From: Myxococcales bacterium
GTDB lineage: Bacteria; Myxococcota_A; UBA9042
NCBI GenBank assembly: GCA_037441385.1
Contig: JBBISH010000025.1
Coordinates: forward strand, 1 to 60,360
DNA: 60,360 nucleotides
Direction: 5' to 3'
The notes under the pieces: generated by a model
What the model was told of the DNA's origin: nothing
Database searches by the model: none
Seen by the model: the letters and a program-made list of their open reading frames with translations, nothing else
Position numbers and translations under genes: made by a program
Shown: piece after piece, positions 9,424-18,924 of the stretch
Layout of the letters: each line of letters starts with the position of its first letter
How positions within the stretch are numbered: the first letter of the stretch is position 1

Positions 9424-12400
9424 ATGTGTCGTGCCCGCGGGCGCTCGCCCGGCCATCCCAGTCGCCCGATTCGCCCCGCCCTGCGTCACTTGCTGAACGC
9501 GCGGCTGGCTGGCCTTTGGTTGCTGGTTGCCGGGCTTTCGGCTGGCTGCGACGACGGCCAAGGCAACGGCACCCATTGCGTCAATTCGGATCAGTGTGCC
9601 TCCAATCTTTGCTACGCCAATCGCTGTCTGGCGCCCGACAGCGACTTGGACGGCGACGGCCTGACCGCCGGGCAAGAGAAGTTGTTGCACACCGACCCGC
9701 TGCGGCCCGATAGCGACGGCGATGGCAAGGACGATGGCACGGAAGTGGGCCCCAACGTCAGCAAGCCGATCGACACCGACGGCGATGGCAAGCCCGACGC
9801 CATCGAGTCGTCTTTCGCCGACGCAGACAGCGACTGCCTGGCCGACGAACGCGACGATGACGACGCCCATCCGCTGAACGACCCTAGCTTGTTGGTCAAG
9901 CTGGTGTGTTCGCACGCCGGCGTGTGCGGTCAGGGCAGCGCCGTCATCTCGGCCACCTGCAAGGCCGGCCAACTCGCTTGCGACTACCACGCCGTGCCGG
10001 GCTGGCAGGCGGCCGAGTTGTGCGACGGTGTGGACAACGACTGCGACGGCCAGATCGACGAAGGGTTTGTCTACAAAGGCAATGCCATTGGAATGCCCTG
10101 CACCGGCACCGGGGCCTGTGGGTCCGGCGTCGTGATGTGTGCCGGCGGCAAGGCGACCTGTTCGACCAACGCGGACGGCAGCCAGTCGCGGGCCCATGCC
10201 GAGACGTGCAACAACCTAGACGACGACTGCGATGGCGAAACCGACGAGGATTTTGCCCTTTCGGGCCTGTTGGTGGGCTCGCCCTGCGTCGCGGCGGGCG
10301 AGTGCGGAATCGGCACCGTTTACTGCAACCTGGCCGGCCAGCCGTCGTGCAGCGCGGACCCAGGCGGCGCCGACAGCCACGCCAGCGCCGAGGTCTGCAA
10401 CGGCTTGGACGACGACTGCGACGGCCTGACCGACGAGGGCATGAGCTTGGGCGGCGAGCCTTTGGGCGGGGTCTGCACGGCCAAGGGCGTGTGTGGCGTG
10501 GGCGTGGTCAAGTGCGGCGCCAAGGGCGCGGTGACGTGTTCCACCGAACCGGGTCAACCGGGATCGCCGGCTGGCGAGGAGCTCTGCAACAACCTGGACG
10601 ACGACTGCGACGGGTTGACCGACGAGGGCTTCTCTTTGTCAGGTCAAGGACTTGGCTCGCCTTGTCCTGGCCAGGGCCAGTGCGGCGCTGGCGTCTTGGC
10701 CTGCAGCAAGGCCGGCGGGGTCACGTGCTCCACCTTGGCCGACGGCCCCAATAGCCAGGCGACGCCAGAAGCCTGCAATGGCAAGGACGACGACTGCGAT
10801 GGCCAAACTGACGAAAAGCTGACCTGGCAAGGCCTTGCGTTGGGCGCTGCCTGCCCTGGGCAGGGCGAATGCGGTGCCGGCGTCGTGGTCTGCGGCAAGA
10901 CGGGCCAGCCCACCTGTTCCACCTTGGCGGACGGCCCCCAAAGCCAGGCAGTCCAAGAAGAATGCAACGGCAAAGACGACGACTGCGACGGCCAGACCGA
11001 CGAAGGTGCGCAACCGGCAGAGGACTTCGCTTGCGTCACGACGGGCGTGTGCCTGGCGCTGACGGGCATCCCCGAATGCACCGACGCCCAATGGACCTGC
11101 AGCTACGTTGGTCAACCCGGCTTCCAGCCAAAGGAATTGACTTGCGACGGCCTGGACAACGACTGCGACGGTTTGACGGACGAAGGATTGGCCAGCGAGT
11201 GGACCGCCACCGCCGACTGGAGCGACGGCCGGCCCCTGGGGCGCCGCCAATTCGCCTTTGCCGCGCACCAGGGAGCGGCGTGGCTGCTGGGCGGTTTGGA
11301 ACCCGGTCCGGCTGGCGGCGAAGTCGACGCCCGCGACGCCTGGCAACTCAACGTGGCATCGGGTCTGTACAAGCGTGTCTCCAAGCAGGACCTCCCGCCC
11401 GTTCGCCGCGCGGCCCTCCAGGTGGTGGACAGTGACGCGGGGCCCGTGGCGCTGCGCGTGCTGGGTGGCACGGACGCCGCTGGCGAGCCCGCGGCCGCAT
11501 TCGAGTTGGACCTGGCGACGGGCCTTTGGGCGCCGGCACCCTTGGCCGACCCGCCGACCGCTGTCGTGGATGCCTTGGCGGCCGACGTGGCCGGGCAGGT
11601 GTGGCTGTTCGGCGACGACCTGCTGGGCCATGCGCTGGTTCAAAGGCAAAATGTTCTGCAAAACTCGTGGGACGGCGGCGTGCCGCAGCTTCCAGACGGC
11701 TCCGCGCACCCGGCCGCCTGCAGCTTGGGCGGCGCGTGGTACGCCCTGGCCTGGGGAGCCTACGGATCGCCATGGTTCGGTCAGCTGGGGTCCGGTGCCA
11801 CTGCCTGGCAAACCCTAACCAATTCTGGACTCTTGCCCGTGTCCGGCCGCGGCGGGCGGCTGCTTTGCACGGTCAACGAGGTGGTTTGGCTGGGTGGCCG
11901 ATTGGCGGACGGAAGTTCGGCTGGCGTGTGGCACTACAGCCTGGCCACGGCCAAGTGGGGGCCGCTTGTCGAGCCCAACTTGCCACAGCGCTTGGATCCC
12001 ATGGCCTTTGTGTCGCCCAAAGGCTGGGTCGTCGCGCAAGGCGAGACCGCGGTGGGCGTCGCCGATCCCAGCACGTGGCTGCGCGCCGGTCAGGGGTGGC
12101 AACCCATTGATGCCGAGCCAGAAATGGCGATCGGCGCCCAGTGGCTGGCCACCTCGTCGGGGCTGCTGCGGCTGAGCGGCGTGGTGCCGCGCGGCGCCAC
12201 CCTGCAACCGGTTGCCGGGGCCTGGCGCTGGGCCGGCGGTGCTTGGCAGTGGCTGCCCATGCCCGCCGACCTGCAGGGGCGGGCTTTTGCCCAGGCCACG
12301 CTGGTCGAGGACGGCAGCCAAGTGTTGCTGTGGAGCGGCGCCAATCAGGTCAGCCCGATGCAGCTCCAGTCCGGTGCCGGGCTGACGGCGGCGACGGGCG

Positions 12401-13041
12401 CCCTGGGCCTGGACCTGACCACTGGCAAGTGGTCGGCAGCTGGCATGGACTTGGCCGCCAAGTTGCCGCCGGTCAAGGCGGATTCGGCCGGAACAGCCAC
12501 GCTGGATGCGTCGCAGCGCTACCTGTTCTCGGCGGGCGCTACCGGGGCGGCAGCCGAGCTGTGGAGCCTGACTTGGCCCACCGGCAAGGCCCTGCTATGG
12601 AAATCGTCCAGCGCGCCCGGCCCCACCTGGCGGCCCGGCACGGCGCTGGCCTACGACCCGCTGTTCAATCGGCTGCTGCTGGCCCAGGTCGACGGGCAGC
12701 TCGTGTTGTGGTCCATGGCGCTTGGGAGCGACCCCCAGTGGCAACTCGTGGCGGCCGAGCCGACCGTGACCTCGGGCCGCGCCGTGATGCTTGGAGCGCC
12801 CGGCTACCCCGATCGCCTGCTGTTGGTGCTGCCCAACGCCGGCAAGACGCCGGTGGCCGCGCGCCATATCCTGCTCTCCGCGCCCGCGATCGCGTGGAAG
12901 ACCTGGACCGGCGGACCTTTGCCGTGGGCCGGCGTCGCGGCCGCCGCGTGGTACGCCGAAGCGGCCTTGGTCGAGGGTGTCAGCACCCAGGACGGGCGCT
13001 ATCGCACCGGCATTTCGCGCTTCGTTCACAGCTGCCCGTGA
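9424..13041 (+). CDS. Large Cys-rich lipoprotein: DxDxDG Ca-binding repeats, seven putative metal-binding (MopE-like) repeats, C-terminal kelch-like propeller
   Basis: Lipobox 'LSAGC'; 'DLDGDG..TDPLRPDSDGDG'; 7 x C(D/N)xxD(N/D)DCDGxxDE; GG/W-rich kelch-like blades in the C-terminal half. Confidence 0.85.
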   Translation: MCRARGRSPGHPSRPIRPALRHLLNARLAGLWLLVAGLSAGCDDGQGNGTHCVNSDQCASNLCYANRCLAPDSDLDGDGLTAGQEKLLHTDPLRPDSDGDGKDDGTEVGPNVSKPIDTDGDGKPDAIESSFADADSDCLADERDDDDAHPLNDPSLLVKLVCSHAGVCGQGSAVISATCKAGQLACDYHAVPGWQAAELCDGVDNDCDGQIDEGFVYKGNAIGMPCTGTGACGSGVVMCAGGKATCSTNADGSQSRAHAETCNNLDDDCDGETDEDFALSGLLVGSPCVAAGECGIGTVYCNLAGQPSCSADPGGADSHASAEVCNGLDDDCDGLTDEGMSLGGEPLGGVCTAKGVCGVGVVKCGAKGAVTCSTEPGQPGSPAGEELCNNLDDDCDGLTDEGFSLSGQGLGSPCPGQGQCGAGVLACSKAGGVTCSTLADGPNSQATPEACNGKDDDCDGQTDEKLTWQGLALGAACPGQGECGAGVVVCGKTGQPTCSTLADGPQSQAVQEECNGKDDDCDGQTDEGAQPAEDFACVTTGVCLALTGIPECTDAQWTCSYVGQPGFQPKELTCDGLDNDCDGLTDEGLASEWTATADWSDGRPLGRRQFAFAAHQGAAWLLGGLEPGPAGGEVDARDAWQLNVASGLYKRVSKQDLPPVRRAALQVVDSDAGPVALRVLGGTDAAGEPAAAFELDLATGLWAPAPLADPPTAVVDALAADVAGQVWLFGDDLLGHALVQRQNVLQNSWDGGVPQLPDGSAHPAACSLGGAWYALAWGAYGSPWFGQLGSGATAWQTLTNSGLLPVSGRGGRLLCTVNEVVWLGGRLADGSSAGVWHYSLATAKWGPLVEPNLPQRLDPMAFVSPKGWVVAQGETAVGVADPSTWLRAGQGWQPIDAEPEMAIGAQWLATSSGLLRLSGVVPRGATLQPVAGAWRWAGGAWQWLPMPADLQGRAFAQATLVEDGSQVLLWSGANQVSPMQLQSGAGLTAATGALGLDLTTGKWSAAGMDLAAKLPPVKADSAGTATLDASQRYLFSAGATGAAAELWSLTWPTGKALLWKSSSAPGPTWRPGTALAYDPLFNRLLLAQVDGQLVLWSMALGSDPQWQLVAAEPTVTSGRAVMLGAPGYPDRLLLVLPNAGKTPVAARHILLSAPAIAWKTWTGGPLPWAGVAAAAWYAEAALVEGVSTQDGRYRTGISRFVHSCP
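10021..11188 (+). repeat. Seven ~189-bp coding repeats (CxxxDxDCDGxxDE units)
   Basis: Motif starts at 10021, 10207, 10396, 10585, 10774, 10963 and 11143. Confidence 0.9.
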
Positions 13042-13061
13042 CGCCGCGGCTCGCCCGCCGT

Positions 13062-13685
13062 TCAGCGCGGCAGCATCCCGTGCGGCAACAGGATCGGTAC
13101 GGGCCTCAGCGGCGGGGTCCAACGGGGCGCATCGCTGGCTTCGCCCAGGTCTTGGACCTCGATTTGCGTGCCCGTCAGGTGCCGCGACAACCGCAACCGC
13201 CACGGCCGATCGCCCCCTGCCAAATCCAGCAAATACGATTTGTCGCCGTCGAGCAGAGCCGAGCGCACGATGCGCAGCCCACCCTTGAGCAACTTCTTGC
13301 CGGCCTGGGCCTTTTGGAGCGACTGCACCGCGCGCTCAAAGTCGGCGTCCGAGCGCAGCCACACGTTCAGACTGCCGTCCGAGGTGCGCACCACGCGCCG
13401 GTGCACGATGTTGGGCCACAGCAGCTCGGCGCTGGCCTCAACGTCGCCCTGCAACCTGACGGAATCGCCGCTTGTTTCTTCTGCGCCTGCCGCACTGGCC
13501 GCCAGCAGGCCAGCCAAACAGAGCACGGCCAAGGTGACACCGAATCGGTTTGAACCGGATCGAAAGCTTGGGCACTTGTGGGGGCCCGAACCGGGGTGCC
13601 CGCCTGCTTCTCGCTGGAGGCCATGCGGGTCACGGAAGCGGCACAGGCGCGAATCAGGTGGGGTTTGCATGACACGGGCGCGCAT
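13062..13685 (-). CDS. Hypothetical exported protein (start uncertain, possibly downstream)
   Basis: Internal signal-like 'LAVLCLAGLLAASAAGA' followed by a plausible globular region; convergent with the gene ending at 13041. Confidence 0.55.
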   Translation of the reverse strand: MRARVMQTPPDSRLCRFRDPHGLQREAGGHPGSGPHKCPSFRSGSNRFGVTLAVLCLAGLLAASAAGAEETSGDSVRLQGDVEASAELLWPNIVHRRVVRTSDGSLNVWLRSDADFERAVQSLQKAQAGKKLLKGGLRIVRSALLDGDKSYLLDLAGGDRPWRLRLSRHLTGTQIEVQDLGEASDAPRWTPPLRPVPILLPHGMLPR

Positions 13686-13869
13686 GGGCAGTTTCCTCGC
13701 GGTGCGTAGGGCGACATCGAGCCGGACGAGCCTTGAATCCTAGTACGCCAAATCTCAAATTCTTTCGGGGTTGCCGTCGTTGGCGTGCTAGGCGGCGCGA
13801 GCCGCGCGCGGGGATCGCAGGGGGCCGGGGTCCTAGAGTGCGCGGCGCGCCCCCTTTGCCTACTGAAAA

Positions 13870-13934
13870 GGCTAGTACTACAAACCATTCGAGAGGCGCA
13901 ACCCTGAACGCACGTCGGGCTTGTAGTACTAGCC
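13870..13934. repeat. Perfect 14-bp inverted repeat with 37-nt spacer
   Basis: GGCTAGTACTACAA (13870-13883) and TTGTAGTACTAGCC (13921-13934); each arm contains the palindrome TAGTACTA. Confidence 0.9.
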
Positions 13935-14025
13935 GATCCGCGCCGAGCGCGCGACAACCGGGTTTGCCGATGCCCTTACCAGTGTCCTCGTTGCAAACTC
14001 GTTGACAATACGAAACAAACAAACC

Positions 14026-14054
14026 TTGACGTTGCCGATGTCGGCGACTATCAT
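14026..14054 (+). promoter_or_regulatory. Near-consensus sigma70 promoter with A-rich upstream tract
   Basis: TTGACG-N17-TATCAT preceded by aatacgaaacaaacaaacc; 107 bp before ATG 14162. Confidence 0.75.
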
Positions 14055-14161
14055 CCGGCACCCGATTCGGGCAGGCGTGCCCGACTGCGCCTGTTTTCGA
14101 ATTCCCCCGCCCGGGCCGGTGCCGTGGCCCCAGCACCCTCTTCCCGACCAGCAGGTTCTAC

Positions 14162-16045
14162 ATGCCGCGCGTATCCTGTAAGTCCGCAAGTTTCTTAGGA
14201 TCTCGCCTTTCGCTCCTGTTTGCCGCCGGGGCCATGCTCGTCGGCGGCGTGGGCTGCGAGAAGGGCGAAAAGAGCTGCCGCTACTACAGCATGGTGCTCG
14301 ATGCCAAGGGCGCGACCCTCAAGAAGCGATCGCAGCAGCTCGAGACGATCCGTTCGCTGCCGATCAAGGACATGAACAAGTGCGACGACGACGGCGTGTT
14401 CACCCGTCTGGACCACGCCATGGCCACCAAGGAGCTGCGGCCCACGGTCGTCGCGGTGTTGGAAAGCCTGGGTCACGGCGGCAAGACGTTGCGCAACCGC
14501 TCGGAAAAGCTGTTGGTCAAGGCGCTGGCCAGTGAGGACACGGCCGGCCAGTCGGCGCAGGTCATCCGCACGTGGCGCATCGAGTCGGCCGAGTCGGGGC
14601 GCGATCCGTGGTTCCCCTCCAAAGAGACCATCAAGGCGCTGGCCGATTGGACCAAGAAGTACAAGAAAGAGACCAAGTCGGCCCTGGTCGAGGCGCTGTT
14701 CGTGTCGCTGGCTACGCCAGAAGACCGCGCCGCCTATGAAGATCTGTTGATCGAGCTGGCCGCCACCGATCCCGGCGAGCAGGGCGTCGAGACCAACCTG
14801 AAGGCGCTGGCGTACCTGACCGAGATCTACAAGGCCACGCCGGGCCAGGCGCCGCGCGATTGGACCAAGGAGCCGTCTTCCAAGGCTTTTGATGCCTTCG
14901 TCAAGGGTCTGTACACCCGCGACGCCACCCGCGCCGAGACCTATATGGCCGGCCGTCTGGCGCTGGGCACGGTGGATTCGGCGGTGGTCAGCAAGAAGAT
15001 GTTGGCGATCTACAACCAAAAAGATCCCGACTTCGAGAAGTGGGCCAAGGAGTACGGCCTGTCCGATTGGGAGTGGAAGGAAGGCCCCAAGGCCATGCAA
15101 GTGCTGGTCGATCTTCACGATCCCTCGACCGCGCCCGACATCATCGCCTCGATTGGCAAGCCGATCGACGGCACCACGCCGATGGGCGACTACGCCGCCA
15201 AGAACAAGCAGGTGGACTGGGCCTCGTACATCAAGGCGCGCCTGACCTTGTCGATCTTCGCCCTGGCCTCGATGGGCGAGGGCTTGGCGCCGGTGGCCGA
15301 CAAGATCGGCGAAGTCGCCAAGAACACGGGCTTGGCCGTGGAGCAGCGCACGGGGCCGTTCCTGGGCCTGTCGATCGCCGGCCCGTCCAATGGCTGGGCG
15401 TCGATGCTCAAGACCTTTGGCGAGATCGCCGACAACGAGAAGCCGGACTTCCTGACGCCGATGACCTACGCCGTGGAGCCGGACAACCTGGCCGATTGGG
15501 ACCGCGTGATCGGAGCCAGCAAGGCCGAGGGCGTCAAGACCGGTCTGGCCGATGCGGTGGTCAAGGCGCGCCTGAACGTGGTCATCGAGTGCAAGAAGGG
15601 CATGGATTCCGCCGCCGACGAGGCCGGCAAAAACACCGCCCTGCTCAACTGCTACAAGGGCTTCTTGAACACCGGCGACGACATCGCCAAGGAAAAGGCG
15701 GCGATCGGCCTCATCCACCTGGGCGTCCGCAAGCAAGTCGAAGTGCTGCCGATCCTGGCCGAAGCTCTGAACAAGGCCCCGGCCACGTCGGTGACGCTGC
15801 GCCAAGTGATCGTCTCGGGCTTCCGCGCCCTGGCGCAGCCCAAGGACAGCAAGCTGGTCTATGATCTGAAGGAAGCGCAGGTCTCGGTGCCCAACGCCCA
15901 GAACTGGATTTGGGACCTGGACGTGCTGACCTCGCAGCTGCTGCAAAAGAAGGGCGCCGTGGCGGTGGGCAACATCCCGGCCGTGGGTTCGCAGGTCAAG
16001 CCGAGCGATCAGAAGCCGGACGCGCCGGCTGCTCCGGCTAAATAG
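14162..16045 (+). CDS. Alpha-helical (HEAT/ARM-like) lipoprotein of unknown function
   Basis: Hydrophobic segment ending 'GGVGC'; helical repeat-like composition; strongly GC3-biased codons; bracketed by promoter and terminator. Confidence 0.8.
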   Translation: MPRVSCKSASFLGSRLSLLFAAGAMLVGGVGCEKGEKSCRYYSMVLDAKGATLKKRSQQLETIRSLPIKDMNKCDDDGVFTRLDHAMATKELRPTVVAVLESLGHGGKTLRNRSEKLLVKALASEDTAGQSAQVIRTWRIESAESGRDPWFPSKETIKALADWTKKYKKETKSALVEALFVSLATPEDRAAYEDLLIELAATDPGEQGVETNLKALAYLTEIYKATPGQAPRDWTKEPSSKAFDAFVKGLYTRDATRAETYMAGRLALGTVDSAVVSKKMLAIYNQKDPDFEKWAKEYGLSDWEWKEGPKAMQVLVDLHDPSTAPDIIASIGKPIDGTTPMGDYAAKNKQVDWASYIKARLTLSIFALASMGEGLAPVADKIGEVAKNTGLAVEQRTGPFLGLSIAGPSNGWASMLKTFGEIADNEKPDFLTPMTYAVEPDNLADWDRVIGASKAEGVKTGLADAVVKARLNVVIECKKGMDSAADEAGKNTALLNCYKGFLNTGDDIAKEKAAIGLIHLGVRKQVEVLPILAEALNKAPATSVTLRQVIVSGFRALAQPKDSKLVYDLKEAQVSVPNAQNWIWDLDVLTSQLLQKKGAVAVGNIPAVGSQVKPSDQKPDAPAAPAK

Positions 16046-16075
16046 CGTAAGTTCGCAGAATTCAAAAGACTTGTT

Positions 16076-16116
16076 GACAGGCCGACGCTTCCGGGCGCCG
16101 GCCTGTTGGCTTTTTT
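16076..16116 (+). terminator. Rho-independent terminator
   Basis: GACAGGCCGACGC-ttccgg-GCGCCGGCCTGTT stem followed by GGCTTTTTT and a second T7 tract, 30 bp after stop 16045. Confidence 0.85.
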
Positions 16117-16207
16117 CGCTTTTTTTCGCCTGCCGCCGCGGCAAAAGCCGTGCTCGCATCGATCACCTTTGTGCAGCTCCGCCATGGCGCTGCGCACGGG
16201 AGGAGCG

Positions 16208-17953
16208 ATGCTACGCAAGCGGAAGGCAATTGGACTGGCGTTGGGTTTGACGATGGCAGGCTGTTGGCAGTGGCCGCAGCCGCCGACCTGGCGGGTGGCC
16301 ACCGGGCCGAGCGAAGGCGATGCTGGACGAACGCCGGTCTGCCGACCCGTGTTGACCGGCGAACTGGTCCTGAACGAAGTGTTGGCAGCTCCCGGGGATT
16401 TGGACGTGGACGGCGACGGCCTAGCCAACAATCGCGACGAGGCCTTGGAGGCCCGCTATGCCGGCGCAGAACCGGCGCATCTGGCGGGGGCGCGGCTGTG
16501 GGTGGCCGGCGAGGCGCGCGGGGCGGTGGTGGGGCAAGACTGCGTTCAGCCTGGGGACTTGCTCGTCTTTACCGGACACAAGGCCGCGAGCCTGCCCTTG
16601 CCCGAGGGGGCCCGCCAGGTCCGCATCCAGGGGGCGCTCGAACTGCGCGACGAGGGCGGCGAAGTCGAGGTTCGCGGAGTCGTGGGGACGCCGCTCGGCC
16701 GGGTCAGCTACGGCAAGGCGAGCCCAGGTATCTCGCAGGTTCGTACGATCGAAGGGGATCGCTGGTCGCCGTTGCAGCCGCACGAGCCCTTGCCGACTGG
16801 CCAGCGCCACTCGATCGGCCACTGTCGCGACGGCGCGGTGCCGGCCAGCTGCTGGCCGCTGCCGGGGGACCGCGTGGTCGGTCTACCAGCCCGGCTGGGG
16901 CCCCGCCACCGGCAGGCGCAGCTCCACATGCCCACCGGGCCCCACCCGCGCCGACAGCCGGCCTTGGTGGACTTCGGCGACCCGCGCCGCGATCGCCAGA
17001 CCCAAGCCGCTGCCGCCCGTGGCCCGCTCGCGCGACGGCTCACTGCGCACGAAGCGCTCCCCCAGCCGTTCGAGCACGGCTTGCGGCAGTCCCGGGCCGG
17101 CGTCGTCGACCGCGAGCACGGCCGTATCGCCGTCGCGCTGCACCGACAACGAAACGGTCGAGCCCGCGGGCGCATAGCGCAGGGCATTGGCCGTCAGGTT
17201 GTGCAGTGCCCGTTGCAGCAGCGCTGGATCGGCCTGGATCGTCACGTCGGCGGCCGTCACATCCAGGGTCACGTCGGCCTCTTCGGCGGCGGCCGCAAAG
17301 AATTGGCCCACTTTGCGGAGTTCGCTGCCCGCGTCCACGGCCACCGGCCGAGCCTCGCCGCGACCGTGCTCGATGCGGGCCAGGAACAGCAGGTGCTCCA
17401 AGATTTGCGCCATGGCATCAATGTCTTCGAGCGCGGCCCCCAGGGCGCCGGCGGCGTCGGGCGGCAGGGGCTGCTGCAGCCCCAGGTTCTCCAGGCGAAG
17501 GCGCAGCAAGTTCAGGGGCGTGCGCAGCTCGTGCGCGATGTCCGAGGCCGCTGCGTCCAAGGCCATGGCGCTGCGGTGCAAGCGCTCCAAGGCTGCGTTC
17601 AAGCGCCCCACCACCTCTTGAAGCTCACTGGGGAACTCGCTGGAGTCCAGCCGCATGGCCGCATCGCCGGGCCCGATCTCGGCGGCGGCCTCGGCAATTC
17701 GGCGGAGCGGCCGCAGTCCCGCTTGGGCCAGAGCCCGGCCAATCCACAGGGCCGCGGCGGCGCCGAACACCACCGCCGCCAGCACGATCATGCGGTGCCG
17801 CCACATGAGCTGCATCTCCACGCTGCGATCGAGCGCGACCAAGAGCCGCTCGTGGCTGCGTGGCAAGCTGACCGTCCGCGCCAACCAGACCCGGTCGCCG
17901 CGGTCCAATTCCACCGGTCCCTGGGCAGGCGCGGGCCACGGCAAGTCGTCTAG
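16208..17953 (+). CDS. Lamin-tail-domain-like lipoprotein; recognisable part ends ~16860, ORF then runs antisense through the kinase gene
   Basis: GGAGGAG RBS, 'LTMAGC' lipobox, 'GELVLNEVLAAPG.DVDGDG..N.RDEALE' LTD-like start; no in-frame stop until 17953. Confidence 0.6.
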   Translation: MLRKRKAIGLALGLTMAGCWQWPQPPTWRVATGPSEGDAGRTPVCRPVLTGELVLNEVLAAPGDLDVDGDGLANNRDEALEARYAGAEPAHLAGARLWVAGEARGAVVGQDCVQPGDLLVFTGHKAASLPLPEGARQVRIQGALELRDEGGEVEVRGVVGTPLGRVSYGKASPGISQVRTIEGDRWSPLQPHEPLPTGQRHSIGHCRDGAVPASCWPLPGDRVVGLPARLGPRHRQAQLHMPTGPHPRRQPALVDFGDPRRDRQTQAAAARGPLARRLTAHEALPQPFEHGLRQSRAGVVDREHGRIAVALHRQRNGRARGRIAQGIGRQVVQCPLQQRWIGLDRHVGGRHIQGHVGLFGGGRKELAHFAEFAARVHGHRPSLAATVLDAGQEQQVLQDLRHGINVFERGPQGAGGVGRQGLLQPQVLQAKAQQVQGRAQLVRDVRGRCVQGHGAAVQALQGCVQAPHHLLKLTGELAGVQPHGRIAGPDLGGGLGNSAERPQSRLGQSPANPQGRGGAEHHRRQHDHAVPPHELHLHAAIERDQEPLVAAWQADRPRQPDPVAAVQFHRSLGRRGPRQVV

Positions 17954-18244
17954 CTCGGCGAAACTTGGACTCCGCAGGCGCACTTGGCCATCGGCCCCCA
18001 GCACACACCACGCCAGCGGCACCACCTGCAAGCTCCGCTCATTCGGCTCCAACTGGCCCAGGCTGCGGCGCGCGGCCAATTCGCCGGCTACCCCATCGAT
18101 CAGCAAGCGATCTTCTTGATCCAGCGTGTCGAGCAGCGACCACTCGATCACGGCCGCCACCAAGCCCGCGAGCAGCGCGGCCGAGACGAAGAAGCCGATC
18201 TGCAGGCGTCGGACGACCGAGCCAGCCGGACGGGACGTGCTCAC
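16883..18244 (-). CDS. Sensor histidine kinase, CusS/CzcS-like (TM-periplasmic-TM-HAMP-HisKA-HATPase)
   Basis: Two TM helices; 'DIAHELRTPL' H-box; 'NLTANALRY'; 'DDAGPG'; 'GSGLGLAI'; GTGA overlap with the regulator. Confidence 0.92.
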   Translation of the reverse strand: MSTSRPAGSVVRRLQIGFFVSAALLAGLVAAVIEWSLLDTLDQEDRLLIDGVAGELAARRSLGQLEPNERSLQVVPLAWCVLGADGQVRLRSPSFAELDDLPWPAPAQGPVELDRGDRVWLARTVSLPRSHERLLVALDRSVEMQLMWRHRMIVLAAVVFGAAAALWIGRALAQAGLRPLRRIAEAAAEIGPGDAAMRLDSSEFPSELQEVVGRLNAALERLHRSAMALDAAASDIAHELRTPLNLLRLRLENLGLQQPLPPDAAGALGAALEDIDAMAQILEHLLFLARIEHGRGEARPVAVDAGSELRKVGQFFAAAAEEADVTLDVTAADVTIQADPALLQRALHNLTANALRYAPAGSTVSLSVQRDGDTAVLAVDDAGPGLPQAVLERLGERFVRSEPSRERATGGSGLGLAIAARVAEVHQGRLSARVGPGGHVELRLPVAGPQPGW

Positions 18245-18924
18245 AAATCCTCGATCACGTAGCCGAATCCGCGTCGGGTGTGGATCAGTTTCTTCTCGTA
18301 GGGGTCATCGACCTTGGTGCGAAGCCGGCGGACCTGCACGTCGATGGTGTTGCCCGGCGGCTCGAATTCCAACTGCCACACGCTGCGGGCAATTTGCGAA
18401 CGCGTGACCACCTGCCCGCGGTGTTCCAACAGCAGCGCCAGCAAAGTCAGCTCGTTGGGCGTCAGGTCCAGGCGTTTGCCAGCCCGCATGACGCGTTGTT
18501 GTTGGGGGTCCCATGTAAGATCGCCAACTTGCACCACAGTTGGGGCCGAAGCTGGATTGGGGTGGCCCCGCCGCAGCAGCGCGGCAATGCGGGCCTGCAG
18601 TTCGGATTGGGCAAAGGGTTTGACCAGGTAGTCGTCGCCCCCTTCTTGCAGGCCGCGCACGCGGTCCGCCACCGCTCCCAGCGCCGACAGGAACAGTACG
18701 GGCACGCCGCAACCGCGTTCGCGCATGGCGCGCACCACCTCGAACCCAGAGAAACCCGGCAACATCACATCCAGAACCACCGCGTCAAACGACTGGGCCA
18801 GCACCGTAAGCAGGGCGTCCTCTCCCGAGTGGGCCAAGGTCGTGTGGTAGCCGGCGCGGGTTAGGCCTGCGGCCAGCTCGGCGGCGGTGGCGGGTTCGTC
18901 CTCGACAATCAGCAGGCGGAACAT
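18241..18924 (-). CDS. OmpR-family response regulator, CusR/CzcR-like
   Basis: 'LLIVEDE', 'LDVMLP', 'GDDYLVKPF', winged helix 'NTIDVQVRRLRTKVDDPYEKKLIHTRRGFGY'. Confidence 0.93.
   Translation of the reverse strand: MFRLLIVEDEPATAAELAAGLTRAGYHTTLAHSGEDALLTVLAQSFDAVVLDVMLPGFSGFEVVRAMRERGCGVPVLFLSALGAVADRVRGLQEGGDDYLVKPFAQSELQARIAALLRRGHPNPASAPTVVQVGDLTWDPQQQRVMRAGKRLDLTPNELTLLALLLEHRGQVVTRSQIARSVWQLEFEPPGNTIDVQVRRLRTKVDDPYEKKLIHTRRGFGYVIEDL

Noticed and set aside
10021..11188. Regularly spaced repeats as a CRISPR array
   Set aside because: Repeats are degenerate, in-frame protein motifs within a long CDS; no cas genes in the window.
13881..13905. CAAACCATTCGAGAG resembles the 5' part of P2 of a c-di-GMP-I (GEMM) riboswitch
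   Set aside because: The complementary P2 strand and the following GACGCAAAG/P3 elements are missing, and the segment overlaps the 14-bp inverted repeat.
13800..13990. Possible 6S RNA (long irregular hairpin)
   Set aside because: Bubble is very asymmetric, closing stem is weak and the usual zapA/ygfA context is absent; needs an Rfam search.
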